A stretch of 64,000 nt of DNA from an uncultured Methylomirabilota bacterium (GCA_963705305.1 OY970067.1:4960001-5024000); one strand, 5' to 3'. Counted from the stretch's first letter, positions 9,236 to 21,100 are shown. A program made the numbers and translations. Notes: generated by a model from the sequence alone, not told the origin.

Positions 9236-10408
9236 GTGAACACTCTGCCGACACCCGCGGACCGAATGGGCAACCTCCCCGTCTACCTCATGGATGAGGT
9301 CGTTCGCCTGAAGAACCAGGCAGTCGCTCGGGGCATCGACGTGATCGACCTCGGGGTCGGGGACCCGGACTTCCCGACGCCCACGCATATCCGGGAGGCC
9401 GCGCACGCCGCCCTCGAGGACGAGCTGAATCACCACTACTCCTCCTACCGGGGCCTCGCGGAGCTCCGGCACGCGTTCGCCGACTGGTACTCCGGGCGCT
9501 TCGGCGTGTCCCTGGACCCGGAGACCGAGGTCCTCCCCTTGATCGGCTCGAAGGAGGGGATCGGCCACATCCATCTGGCCTACGTGAACCCGGGGGACGA
9601 GGTGCTCATTCCCGACCCAGGCTATCCGACGTACCAGGGCGGAACCATCCTGGCCGGCGGCATCCCCCGGCGCTATGCCCTGTCTGCCGACACCGGATGG
9701 CTTCCGGATCTGGACGCCATCGCAGGCCGGGATCTCCGCCGCGTCACGCTCATGCACCTGAACTTCCCCGGCAATCCCACGGCGGCCACGGCGCCGCTCC
9801 AGTTCTTCGAGCGGGCGGCGGAATTTGCGCTGGCATCCAGGATCGCCCTCTGCCATGACGCCGCCTACTCCGAGCTGTACTTCGACGGGGTCCGGCCGCC
9901 CAGCTTCCTGCAGGCCCGGCATGCGAGGCGGGTTGGGATCGAGTTCCACTCCCTCTCGAAGACGTATCTCATGACCGGCTGGCGGATCGGTGTCGCCGTC
10001 GGCAATCGTGAGATCATCGCGGCCCTCGGGGCGGTGAAGTCCAACTACGAGACGGGGATCTTCCCGGTCGTCCAACGGGCAGGCATTGCCGCGCTGCGCG
10101 GGGACCAGAGTTTTCTGGAGGATATCCGCGGCCACTTCCAGCGACGACGGGATCTCTTCGTGGATGGGCTGACCAGTCTCGGCTTCCCGGTGCAACGGCC
10201 GAAGGCGACCTTCTACGTGTGGGCGGGCATTCCGGGCGGCGAGCCCTCCGAGCGATTCGCCGCGCGGCTGCTGAGCGACGCGGGGATCGTCGTCACGCCG
10301 GGTGCCGGCTTCGGCCCATGCGGCGAGGGATATTTCCGGGCGGCCTTGACGGTCGGTGAAGACCGGTTGCAGGAAGCCCTTGAGCGCATCCGAAAGGTGT
10401 GCGGCTGA
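9236..10408 (+). CDS. Class I/II PLP-dependent aminotransferase (LL-diaminopimelate aminotransferase-like)
   Basis: IDLGVGDPD, LIGSKEG, NFPGNPT, HDAAY, HSLSKTYLMTGWRIG, PGAGFG..GEGYFR. Confidence 0.88.
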   Translation: MNTLPTPADRMGNLPVYLMDEVVRLKNQAVARGIDVIDLGVGDPDFPTPTHIREAAHAALEDELNHHYSSYRGLAELRHAFADWYSGRFGVSLDPETEVLPLIGSKEGIGHIHLAYVNPGDEVLIPDPGYPTYQGGTILAGGIPRRYALSADTGWLPDLDAIAGRDLRRVTLMHLNFPGNPTAATAPLQFFERAAEFALASRIALCHDAAYSELYFDGVRPPSFLQARHARRVGIEFHSLSKTYLMTGWRIGVAVGNREIIAALGAVKSNYETGIFPVVQRAGIAALRGDQSFLEDIRGHFQRRRDLFVDGLTSLGFPVQRPKATFYVWAGIPGGEPSERFAARLLSDAGIVVTPGAGFGPCGEGYFRAALTVGEDRLQEALERIRKVCG

Positions 10409-10760
10409 ATCGCCCCTCCGATATCCCGCCGTCCGTCGGGATCACCTGCCCCCGCCCGCGCCGACCCGCCATCCCCAGCTCAGTCCGCGCCCCCTCATGG
10501 AAGAATCCAAACCTGTCTCCAAGGAAACCAAGCAATTAGCGCGCAAAAGGTGTCCGGTACCTTTCGCTCACTGCGAAGGGGCCCCGGAGCACAGCACGGA
10601 GCGGTCTCCCGCGGCGGGACGACATACGTGAGGAGACGCGGTGCCCATGCATCGAGAGGAGGAATTTATGTTGACAGCGCGAAGACGGCCGGGCCCCCTC
10701 TCACCTCGCAGCCTAGGGCCGCCGGCGACTACAAGCGGAAAACCATCGCATTCTCGGAGA

Positions 10761-11513
10761 TCAGACGCGGCGCGGGCCTCTCCGACGGGGGCGCGGGACG
10801 GGGGCTTTGGCAGGGGGGTTGGCGCGATAGGCGGTCGGCGTGCGGCCGGTGGCCCGCGTGAACACCTTGACGAAGGTCGGACTGTCCTGATACCCGACGC
10901 GGTGGGCGATCTGCTCGATGCCGAGCGCCGTGGCACAGAGGAGGTGCGCCGCATGCTCCATCCGAAGCTCGGTGAGGTAGCGACGGGGGGTCGTGCCGGC
11001 CGCCTCGGTGAACCGGCGGTGGAACTGGCGCCCCGAGAGGCCGACCATACGCGCCAGGCTTTCCGTGGTGTGCGCCCGGTCCAGATGCGCGATCATGAGG
11101 CGGCGGGCCGACTCCACCGGATCCTCCGCCAGGCCACCGGGATGGACCAGACGGGCCAGTGCAGATCGCAGGTCAGGGAGGCTCACCGGCTTCTTGAGGT
11201 AGTCGTCGGCCTTGGCGCGGATGGCACGGATGGCCAGCTCTTCGGTACCGTGACCGGTGAGGACCAGGATGGAAGCCTGCGAGAGATCGCGGAAGCGCGC
11301 GATGAGGTCGAGGCCGTGCTCCTCGCCCAGGATGGCGTCCAGGATGATGGCGGCGACGGGTTGCTTCTGGAGGAGGGCGCAGGCCTCCCTCCCGCTGGCG
11401 GCCTGGTGGACCACGTAGCTATTCCCCAGGGCCAAGCCGATGGCCTCGCGGACATTCGGCTCGTCGTCCACGACGAGGATGTGGGGGACCGTGGATCCAG
11501 CGGCAGCAGCCAT
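10761..11513 (-). CDS. Response regulator, receiver domain plus AraC-type HTH
   Basis: ILVVDDE, IILD, LTGHG, DYLKKP; C-terminal FHRRFTEAAGTTPRRYL..LRME..IAHRVGY..FVKVF; RBS GAGGAGG. Confidence 0.88.
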   Translation of the reverse strand: MAAAAGSTVPHILVVDDEPNVREAIGLALGNSYVVHQAASGREACALLQKQPVAAIILDAILGEEHGLDLIARFRDLSQASILVLTGHGTEELAIRAIRAKADDYLKKPVSLPDLRSALARLVHPGGLAEDPVESARRLMIAHLDRAHTTESLARMVGLSGRQFHRRFTEAAGTTPRRYLTELRMEHAAHLLCATALGIEQIAHRVGYQDSPTFVKVFTRATGRTPTAYRANPPAKAPVPRPRRRGPRRV

Positions 11514-11700
11514 CGCACTTCCCTCCTCGATGGCAAGGTCGGGCACAATCGGCGATGGGCATTACTTTATGGAGGAACGCCGGAAGCTGTCAACAAAAAT
11601 GAGACACACGTCACAGATTTCGCGTGACGTGCGCCACCCAACACTCGCTCTGCTTTTCGGGAGGCCCCGGGAGTCCGCCCATGTCCGACCACCGCGTCCA

Positions 11701-11948
11701 CTGGCAGAATGCTGAAAACTCGATTTCCCCCGGGCTGCTCAAAAAGGTCCAGATGTCCCTCGACATCGCTCGGGACCGTGAGCGGTTCGACTGTGCTCAC
11801 CGCCCTGAGCTTGTCGAAGGGCCTGTCGAACGGCAAGGCGGCCTCCCCCATCCCTCGGGATGGGTACCCGGGACGGGGCACCCACCACAGGTGGGTCAAG
11901 GCGTACTTCCGGTACGCCGCAGATGGGCCTTTTTCAGCAGCCTGTTAG
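11701..11948. repeat. Composite MITE/REP-like element with nested inserts
   Basis: Inverted ends CTGGCAGAATGCTGAAAA (11701) and GGCTGCTCAAAAAGGTCCAGATG (11733) vs CAGATGGGCCTTTTTCAGCAGCCTGTTAG (ending 11948). Internal palindromic TCGAC...TGAGC..TGTCGAA units at 11756-11833. Confidence 0.75.
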
Positions 11949-12526
11949 ACCAGGTCGCACGCCTCCGCCGGCATCCAATGCGCATCCTGCCCTTCCCATT
12001 TGACGTTGCAGCCGATGGGATTCGTGAGCGGCGTGCGCACGGGCCGGCCGGCCAGCACGTCCTCCAGGGCCCGCTCCAGATCGTTGACGGTCATGGCGGC
12101 TGAAGTCCGCGGGTTGTCGATCCCCCGCCCAGTGTACACGAGCCGGCGCGCGCGGTCGAACACGTAGAAGTGGGGCGTGCGGAGCGCCCCATACGCCCGG
12201 GCCACCGACTGGGTCTTGTCGCGGGCGTAGACCCAGGGGAACCGGTGCTGCTCCATCCGCGCCACCATGTGGGCGAAGTCGTCCTCGGGATGCGTCTGCT
12301 CGCTGTTGGAGTTGATCCCGATGAACGCCACGCCCCGCGGCTTGAAGCGCTCGACCGTCGCCCGGGTCACCTCATCCGACCCCAGGACGAACGGGCAGTG
12401 GTTGCAGGTGAAAAACACCACCACCGCCTTGGCGTCGATGAAGTCGGCCAGGCGGTAGGTCTTGCCGTCGGTCGCCGGGACCTGAAAGTCCGGGGCCGTC
12501 GAGCCGAGGGGAAGTGTAAAGGCCAT
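11945..12526 (-). CDS. Thioredoxin-like redoxin (AhpC/TSA, PRX-like1 type)
   Basis: [53 protein letters not shown]. Confidence 0.88.
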   Translation of the reverse strand: MAFTLPLGSTAPDFQVPATDGKTYRLADFIDAKAVVVFFTCNHCPFVLGSDEVTRATVERFKPRGVAFIGINSNSEQTHPEDDFAHMVARMEQHRFPWVYARDKTQSVARAYGALRTPHFYVFDRARRLVYTGRGIDNPRTSAAMTVNDLERALEDVLAGRPVRTPLTNPIGCNVKWEGQDAHWMPAEACDLV

Positions 12527-12838
12527 GGGCATCCTCCGTACCCTGCTAGATCGGGGTTGTCGCACATGATCTGGGAGAGGCTCATTCGAGCCTAGAGCCT
12601 TAGCCGATGCGGCGCCAGCAAATTGTTGCGGCGCGGCGCGAGAGAGTCGTGCGGACGCCAGAAGATGGTCCGCTCTGCGGGGATTCTCCGATGCAGGATA
12701 TGGGATGCGGTGCCTCCGCTCTTCCGGGTCGAGCGGTGGGGGGCTGGGCGGCCGGGGCGCACCAGACTGTGGATAGCAGACCGATGGGAGGCGACGGCTC
12801 ACGACAACGGAAATGAGCGGGGCTCGTCTGACTCCTGC

Positions 12839-13538
<700 letters not shown>

Positions 13539-13546
<8 letters not shown>

Positions 13547-14336
13547 TGGCGCTTTTGGCAGCCGCCCCCCATCGCTTTCGGCCGAGGTAGGCCTCGATGA
13601 CGCGCGCGTTCTTCTGGACCTCGACCGGCAGTCCCTCGGCTATCTTTTCCCCATAATCCAGCACCGTCACCCGGTCGGAGACCCCCATCACGACCCGCAT
13701 GTTATGCTCGATGAGCAGGATGGTGAGGTGGTAATCGCCGATGAGCCGCCGCAGAAGGTCCATGAGGCTGTGCGCCTCCCCCTGGGTCATGCCGGCCGTG
13801 GGCTCGTCCAAGAGCAGGAGGCTCGGCTCCGAGCCCAGCGCGCGGGCCAGCTCCAGTCGCCGCCGCTCGCCATAGGGGAGGTTGCGCGCCAGCTCGTTCG
13901 CCTTGGCCGTGAGGCCGACCACCCCGAGCAGCGTCTCCGCCCGGCCCCAGAGGCGGCTCTCTTCCTGGTGAAAGCGCCGGGAGCGCGCGAGGACCTCCGG
14001 CATGGAAAGGGTGATCCGGGCGTGCATCCCGACCAGCACATTCTCCAGCACGGTCATGTTGCTGAAGAGTCGGATGTTCTGGAAGGTGCGACAGATCCCG
14101 CTGGCGGCGATCTGGTCCGGGCGCCGGCCCACCAGGGACTCGCCGTGGAAGCGAACGTCGCCCGAGTCCGGCGTATAGAGACCCGTCAAGACATTAAAGA
14201 GCGTCGTCTTCCCCGCGCCGTTGGGACCGATGATGGAGGCGATTTGCCCCTCCTCCAAATCGAAGTCCACGCTGTTCAGGGCGGTGAGGCCACCGAAGCA
14301 CTTGGTGAGTTGCTGCACCTGGAGGATCGTGGCCAC
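13539..14336 (-). CDS. livG: ABC ATP-binding protein LivG
   Basis: GPNGAGKTT, RTFQNIRLF, LPYG..RRLELARAL, DEPTAG, VIEAYLG. Confidence 0.92.
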
Positions 14337-15611
14337 TTACTTCCCTCGAAGCTCGCGGGTGCGACGCCGCGCCGGCAGGATGCCTTGTGGTCGAAAGATC
14401 ATCATGAGGACGAGGATGGCGCCGAACACCATCCGCTCGTATTTGGCCGGCTCCAGTTGCGTCGGGAGGTTGGCCAAGTTGTATCCGAGGATGACCGTCC
14501 CGGCATTCCGCAGCTCGTTGAGCCAGAGCGAGAGACCCTTGAGGACCTGCAGGTTGAGCACCGTCACCACCGAGGCCCCCAGGATGGCGCCGGGGATGGA
14601 TCCCATCCCGCCCAGGATGACCATGGACAGCACGCCGATGGACTCCAAGAAGGTGAAGGACTCCGGATTGATGAACACCTGCTTGGCGCTGAAGACCGCC
14701 CCCATGGCGCCCGCGAACGAGGCGCCGCAGGCAAAGGCCAGCAGCTTCATTCGCGCCAGCGGGACGCCCATGGCTTGGGCTGCCACTTCGTCCTCGCGGA
14801 TGGCCTCCCAGGCCCGGCCGATGTGGGAATCTTCCAGTCGCCGGTTCACCATGATGACCACGCCCACGATGAGCAGCACCAGGAAATAGAAGTAGAGGGG
14901 ATACAGCGTTATGGGAGACGCCGCGATCCCCACGTGCTCGAGCCATGGCTGAAAGAAGAGGGGCGGCCGCACGATGGGCGTGATCCCCTGGGGCCCGTTG
15001 GTGAAATTGATGGGCTTGTCCAGGTTGTTGGCCAGGACGCGGATCACCTCGCCGAAGCCGAGCGTGACGATGGCGAGGTAGTCGCCGCGCAGGCGCAGGA
15101 CCGGGAGCCCGAGCAGGACCCCCATGCACGCCGCCACGGTCACAGCCAGCAGCAGGAACACGAAGAACCACCACCCGGCCAGCGGGAAGTGCGCCACCGT
15201 TTCGGGGATGAATTTTCCGGCTTGGGACGAGCCGAAGATCGCCCAGGTGTACGCCCCCACCGCATAGAAGGCCACGTACCCGAGATCCAGGAGTCCGGCC
15301 AGCCCCACCACGATGTTGAGGCCCAGCGCCAGGGCCACGAAGATGCCGACCTGCGTCGCCACCTCCAGGTAATAGCCGTTGATCGTTCCCAAGATCGGCA
15401 TCAAGACGCCCAGGGTCAGGCAGCCCAGCGCCATCTTCAGCCAGGGCCTCACCCGGGCGAGGTAGAGCAGGAGGATGGAGGCCTGGAAGAGGAGGAAGAC
15501 GGTGATCGAACGCGGATAATGGGCCACGCCGAAGGATGACGCGCCGATGACGAGGACGACGAGGAACGTCGCCGGCCACGGCCGGTCGAGGAAGGCGCTC
15601 AGAGTCCTCAC
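14337..15611 (-). CDS. livM: ABC permease LivM
   Basis: GLNIVVGLAGLLDLGYVAFYAVGAY, LRLRGDYLAIVTLGFGE, GRAWEAIREDE. Confidence 0.92.
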   Translation of the reverse strand: MRTLSAFLDRPWPATFLVVLVIGASSFGVAHYPRSITVFLLFQASILLLYLARVRPWLKMALGCLTLGVLMPILGTINGYYLEVATQVGIFVALALGLNIVVGLAGLLDLGYVAFYAVGAYTWAIFGSSQAGKFIPETVAHFPLAGWWFFVFLLLAVTVAACMGVLLGLPVLRLRGDYLAIVTLGFGEVIRVLANNLDKPINFTNGPQGITPIVRPPLFFQPWLEHVGIAASPITLYPLYFYFLVLLIVGVVIMVNRRLEDSHIGRAWEAIREDEVAAQAMGVPLARMKLLAFACGASFAGAMGAVFSAKQVFINPESFTFLESIGVLSMVILGGMGSIPGAILGASVVTVLNLQVLKGLSLWLNELRNAGTVILGYNLANLPTQLEPAKYERMVFGAILVLMMIFRPQGILPARRRTRELRGK

Positions 15612-16583
15612 CTACGCACGCTCCCTCACGATTTCGCCCAGCAGCCCCTTCGGGCGGAAGATCAGGATCAGGATCAGGACCGAGAAGGCGAAGATGTCTT
15701 TGTACTCCGCCCCGAAGGCACCCCCGGTCAGGAGCGAGAGGTATGAGGCGGCGAATGCCTCGAGCAGGCCCAACACCAGGCCGCCCATCATGGCCCCCGG
15801 GATATTGCCGATCCCGCCCAGGACCGCCGCCGTGAAGGCCTTGATTCCCGGGATGAATCCGGTGTAGGGGTTGATCAGGTTGTACTGGACGCCGAAGAGG
15901 ACCCCGGCCGCCCCGCCCATGGCCCCCCCGATCAGGAAGGTCAGGGAGATGATCCGGTTCACATTGACCCCCATCAGGCTGGCCGTGGTCTGGTCCTCGG
16001 CCACCGCCCGCATGGCCTTCCCCACTTTGGTCCGATTGACGATGAGTTGAAGAATCCAGAGCATCAAGAGGGCGGCCCCGATCACCACCAGCGACTTCAC
16101 CGGCACGTCGACGTTCTGGGTGATCGAGAAGCGGTAGTTGAGCTGGTCCATGGTCGGGTAGACCATGTTGAAGGAGTTGTTCCAGAGGCTCTCGGTCAGT
16201 CGGATGGCATCCTGAAGGAAGAAGGAAACCCCGATGGCGGAGATCAAGGGGACGAGGCGCGGCGCGGCGCGCAGCGGCCGGTAGGCCACCCGCTCCACTG
16301 TGACCGCCAAGAGGCCGCTGCCGGCCATCCCCGCCACGAGAAGGAACGCCAGCACCAGGAAGGGGGACAGGCTGCCCAGGATTCCCCATTGCTTGAGGGC
16401 GAGGAGGATTTCGCAGCCGACAAAGGCCCCCAGAACGAAAATCTCGCTGTGGGCAAAGTTGATAAACTCCAGGACGCCGTAGACCATGGTGTAGCCGAGG
16501 GCGATCAGGGCATACATGAAGCCCAGGATGATTCCATCCAGCAGAACCTGGGGGAATATGGCGATGAGGAGAGACCAGTCCAT
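15612..16583 (-). CDS. livH: ABC permease LivH
   Basis: YALIALGYTMVYG..INFAH, KAFTAAVLGGIGNIPGA; start MDWSLL at 16583. Confidence 0.92.
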   Translation of the reverse strand: MDWSLLIAIFPQVLLDGIILGFMYALIALGYTMVYGVLEFINFAHSEIFVLGAFVGCEILLALKQWGILGSLSPFLVLAFLLVAGMAGSGLLAVTVERVAYRPLRAAPRLVPLISAIGVSFFLQDAIRLTESLWNNSFNMVYPTMDQLNYRFSITQNVDVPVKSLVVIGAALLMLWILQLIVNRTKVGKAMRAVAEDQTTASLMGVNVNRIISLTFLIGGAMGGAAGVLFGVQYNLINPYTGFIPGIKAFTAAVLGGIGNIPGAMMGGLVLGLLEAFAASYLSLLTGGAFGAEYKDIFAFSVLILILIFRPKGLLGEIVRERA

Positions 16584-16615
16584 TGGCCGACCGTGTGCGC
16601 GCAGGGGAGCACACA

Positions 16616-16652
16616 AGAAAGGGGAAGGGCCCTCCCGGCCCCTCCCCTTTCT
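16616..16652 (-). terminator. Intercistronic hairpin between the binding-protein gene and livH
   Basis: AGAAAGGGGAAGGGC-loop-GCCCCTCCCCTTTCT inverted repeat just after the binding-protein stop codon. Confidence 0.6.
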
Positions 16653-16668
16653 CAGGCGATGCCCCGCC

Positions 16669-17868
16669 CTACTTCTTCAGGGGCGGCGGCGCGATCTCCT
16701 TCCGCTCCAGCAGCTTGTTGTCGTCCCACTTGGCGGGATCCGCGGAGACAACTTGCAGGATGAAGTATCCCGCCTTCAGACGATCGCCCTTCCCGTCGAA
16801 CGCGATGTCCCCGGTGATGCCCGAATACTTGACCTTGCGCACAGCTGACGCCACCGCCTCGCGGGTGGGCATCTTGCCGCCATTGCTCTTGATCACGTTT
16901 TCAATGGCCTTCAGCGCGATCGCCGTTGCGTCATAGGACTCGGCGCCGTACGGCTGCGGCTCTTTCCCGAACCGCGCCTTGTACGACTTCACGAAGTCCT
17001 TGGCCTTGGGGTAGAAGGCTACGGGGCCTGCAGCCGTTGTGTAGTACATCCCGACGACAGCCTCCCCGCCGATCTTCGCCAGGTCCGGAGAGTCCAGCCC
17101 ATCCGGGCCGAGGAAGACGGCCTTGATGCCCTTCTCGCGCGCCTGCTTGAAGAGGGGCGCGGCTTGGGAGTAGATGCCGCCGAAGTATATGAGGTCCGGA
17201 TTCTTGGCCTTGGCCGGCGTCAGGATGGGATCGAAGTTCGACTTCTCCTCGGTCCCTTCGAAGCCGAGGATCTGGATGCCGAGCTTCTTCGCGTCGTCTC
17301 GGAAGAACTCGGCGACGCTCTGCCCGTACGTCGTTTTGTCCTGGATCACGTAGGCGCTCTTGATCTTCAAACCTTTGGCAAACTCGGCCCCGACGGCCCC
17401 CTGGACATCGTCACGGCCGCAGACGCGGTTGACGTTCGGCAGGTTCCGGTCGGTGATCATGGGATTGGTGTTGGCCGGAGAGATCTCGGCCAGATCCACC
17501 TCTTTGTACACCTCCGAGGACGGGATGGCGACGCCCGAGTTGTAGTGGCCGATCACGGCCAGGATCTCTTTATCGGTGATCATGTTCCTGGCGTTGGCCA
17601 CGCCCACGTCGGGTTTTGCCTGGTCATCGAACGGGACCAGCTCCACCTTGAAGCCCAGCTTTTCAATGGGACCCTTCAGCTGCTCGACGGCCAACTGTGC
17701 CGCCAGCTTGATCCCCTCCCCCGGTGCCGACTGGTCGCCGGACAGCGGGCTCTGGGTTGCGATCTTGATCGTCCCCTTGGCCGCGCCCGCGAAGGTGGCG
17801 ACCGGGGCGATCAGGACCAGCACAACGAACGCGATGCCGATCCGCCCCCACGGTAGACCGTGTCTCAT
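16669..17868 (-). CDS. livK: Branched-chain amino acid ABC substrate-binding protein
   Basis: Signal peptide, IKIATQSPLSG, DDQAKP, GHYNSGVAIP, RVCGRDDVQG. Confidence 0.88.
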   Translation of the reverse strand: MRHGLPWGRIGIAFVVLVLIAPVATFAGAAKGTIKIATQSPLSGDQSAPGEGIKLAAQLAVEQLKGPIEKLGFKVELVPFDDQAKPDVGVANARNMITDKEILAVIGHYNSGVAIPSSEVYKEVDLAEISPANTNPMITDRNLPNVNRVCGRDDVQGAVGAEFAKGLKIKSAYVIQDKTTYGQSVAEFFRDDAKKLGIQILGFEGTEEKSNFDPILTPAKAKNPDLIYFGGIYSQAAPLFKQAREKGIKAVFLGPDGLDSPDLAKIGGEAVVGMYYTTAAGPVAFYPKAKDFVKSYKARFGKEPQPYGAESYDATAIALKAIENVIKSNGGKMPTREAVASAVRKVKYSGITGDIAFDGKGDRLKAGYFILQVVSADPAKWDDNKLLERKEIAPPPLKK

Positions 17869-18024
17869 GGTGTTTTCCTCCCTCCTGACGACGATGTGCA
17901 GGCTGCCTGACCAGTTGCCGACGCGTGAGAGACCCTCTGCAAGGCACCCCCGCTATGCGAGGACGTTCGGTTGGCGTGTTCCCGCGTGGAATTATTCCTG
18001 TCGTGCCGGAGATAACGGCGGGTA

Positions 18025-18053
18025 ATGATAAGCAGGCTGCCTGCGCCTGTCAA
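18025..18053 (-). promoter_or_regulatory. sigma70 promoter of the second liv operon
   Basis: Minus strand TTGACA (18053-18048), 17 bp, TATCAT (18030-18025). Confidence 0.6.
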
Positions 18054-18119
18054 GCGAAGTCGTCATGAGCTTCCCCCTCCCCCCGGCCATCGAAAGCCGC
18101 CGGAAAGATGCGGGCCGCC

Positions 18120-21100
18120 TCAGCCCGGCACCGTCGCGTCCGGAGCCCGCAGCTCTTCAAAAGGCACGAAGCCTCGCCGCATCGTGTTCTCCGTGACGAC
18201 GCGACTGTCCAGGAACTGCAGCAGGTAGTCCGGGCCGCCCGCCTTGGAGCCCACCCCGGACATCTTGAATCCGCCAAAGGGCTGCCGGCCGACGATCGCC
18301 CCCGTGATGCCCCGGTTGATGTAGAGGTTGCCGATGCGGAATGCCCGGCGGCACCGCTCGATATGGCTCGGGGTGCGGCTGAACACACCGCCGGTCAGGG
18401 CGAAGCGGGTGGCATTGGCCCAGGCGAGAGCCTCCTCGAAATCCCGCGCCCGCATCACCGACAGCACCGGTCCGAAGATCTCTTCCTGAGCCAGCCGATG
18501 GTCGGGAGGCACCCCCGTCACGATCGTCAGCGGGACGTAATATCCGTGGGTGTCCGGCACCTGACTGGAGAACTCGACGCGGCCCTCTTGGCGGGCGAGG
18601 GTCGCATACTCCAGGATTTTTTCCTGGGCGGAGCGGTCGATGACCGGCCCCATGAAGTTGGCGGGGTCTTCCGCCGGCCCGATCCGGACAGACCGGGCCA
18701 CGCTGAGGAGGCGCTCCAGGAAGCGCGTGTAGACGGCGTCCACCACGATGGCGCGCGAGCAGGCGGAGCACTTCTGGCCCTGGTAGCCGAAGGCCGAGCG
18801 GACCATCGCCGGCACCGCCTCATCGAGGTCGGCGTCGTCGTCGATGACGATCGCATTCTTGCCCCCCATCTCGGCAATGACCTTCTTCACGGACGACTGG
18901 GTCGGACTGCAATGGGCGGCGCGCTCCAGGATCCGCAGGCCGGCCTCCATGGAACCCGTGAAGGCAATGAGGTTGATCTGCGGATGTTCGACGAGCAGAT
19001 CGCCAATGACCCGGCCGCGCCCGGGGACGTAGTTGAAGACCCCCGCCGGCAGCCCGGCCTCCCGGAAGATCTCTGCCAGCGTGTGCCCGACGATGGGGGT
19101 CAGGCTTGAGGGCTTGTACAGGACGGGGTTCCCGGCGACGAGCGCAGCGGCGCTCATGCCGCAGCTGATCGCCAGCGGGAAATTCCAGGGGGCGATGACG
19201 GCGGCGACCCCCTTGGGCTCGTAGAAATACTCGTTGGACTCGCCCGGCACGTTCCCGAGGTGGCGCGGCTCGCCCAGTCGCACCATCTCCCGCGCATAGT
19301 AGTTGAGAAAGTCGATCGCTTCGGCGACGTCCAGGTAGGCCTCGGTCCACTGTTTGCCCGCCTCCAGCGTCTGCCAGGCTGCCAGCTCGAAGATCCGCCG
19401 CCGTGCCGCCGCGGCCGCTTTAGCCAGAAACGCCGCCCGCGCCTTCGGCGACGTGTCTCGCCAGGCCGGGAACGCCTTCGCGGCGGCGGCGATGGCGGCC
19501 TCCACCTCGGACGGACCCGCTTGACACACAGAGCCGATGATCTCGGCGGGGTTTGCCGGGTTCCGGGAATCGAGTCGATCCGCAGTTCTGACCTCTTCCC
19601 CACCGATCCGGAGGGGATAACTCTGTCCCAGGCATGTCCGGACCCGGGCGAGGGCCGCGAGATAGCTCTGCCTGGCCTCCCGGTCCGTCCAGTCCGGGAA
19701 CGCTTCCTGCCGAAAGCCCGCCTCGACTCCTGTCGGCCCGGAGGTCTCCTTGGCAGCGGTCGAGCCGAGATCGACGTGGCGGCCGTGGGGAGATTCCAGC
19801 AGGTGCTCTCGCTCCACCCCCTCCACGAACGTCTGGCGCAGGAAAGACTCGTTGGCCGTGTTCTCCAGAAGGCGGCGGATCAGGTAGGCCATGCCGGGCA
19901 GCAGCTCCCCGTGTGGGCAGTACAGGCGAACCCGACCCGTCAGCTTGAGCAGCGCCTTCCGGAAGGGCTCGGCCATGCCATAGAGCGCCTGAAACTCGTA
20001 GCGGTCGTCGGGCACCCGCCGGGCGCGGGCAAGCTCTACCACCGCCGAGACGGAGCGGACGTTGTGCGAGGCGCATGCCAGATGGCAGATATCGTGGTTC
20101 GCGAGGACCTTCTCGGCCATCCGCTCGAACGCCGCGTCCGTTTCGGTCTTGACGGAATAGACGGGGACCGGCCAGCCATACTGCCGGGCGACCACCGTCT
20201 CATAATCCCAGTAGGCTCCCTTCACCAGGCGGACCGAGATCGGGAGGCCCTCGCCTCGCGCCCATGCCAAAAGATCGCCCAGATCCCCCTCGCTCTCGTG
20301 CAGATAGGCCTGCATCGCGATCCCCAGGTGGGGATAGCTGCGGAATTCCGGCTCCGCGCGCAGGCGGCGGTACAGATTGATCGTGACGTTCTTGAGCCGC
20401 CGCATCTCCACGTCCAGGCAGAGGAAACCCCGCAACCCGATGATTTTCCGGTAGAGGGGCCGGAGCCTCGCCAGCATGCCCTCCACAGATTCCTCGGGGA
20501 TGACGGGATCGGCCAGCGAGAAGAGGGCCGACGGCTTGACCGAGATGTTGACCCGCGGTGCGTGGCCCCAGTCGAGGCCGCTCATGCCGCCGGCCAGGGC
20601 CGGCCACGTCCGCTGCGCCTCCTCCAGGCCATCGAGGAGCCGCAGGTAGTTCGCGACGTACTCGTCGGCCTCACGCTCGCTGATGGTTGCTTCGCCGAGG
20701 ACGTCCAGGGTGAAGGCGAAGCCCTGGGCTCGCAGACTTTCGAGCCTCTCCAATGTCTCCGGCACCCGGGACCCGACGATGAAGTCCCGTGCCAACATCT
20801 CGAGGTTCTTTCGGATCGCGACAGTCGCGGCCGACCTGGCAAGGCTCCCGCCCCATCCCAGACCTTTGAGCCCCCACCGCAGCGCTGCGGGCAGGCTTTC
20901 CTCCGCCCCGAAGTACTCCTCGAGGTGGCGCCCGAGAGCGTCCGCGGAACCCAAGTACGGCAAAACGTCAATGAATCGGAAGAGCTGCACCTTGAACGAT
21001 TCGTTCTGCATACAGGCGTCAAGGACCTTTCCGGTCCAGGCCGCTTTGTTGAAGAGGGAAGGTCGCTCGCTCCCGATGAGGGCGAAGAACTCCCGACCGC

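Noticed and set aside
8237..10195. 652-aa minus-strand ORF (also 13704-15539, 19260-21335, 48078-50477, 51624-53453)
   Set aside because: Stop-poor antisense frames expected at high GC opposite well-supported genes.
10546..10565. AAAGGTGTCCGGTACCTTT palindrome
   Set aside because: REP-like or terminator-like, but single copy here and too short to classify.
11567..11899. 110-aa ORF containing PFDRPFDKLRAVSTVEP
   Set aside because: Translation of the nested palindromic repeat, not a gene.
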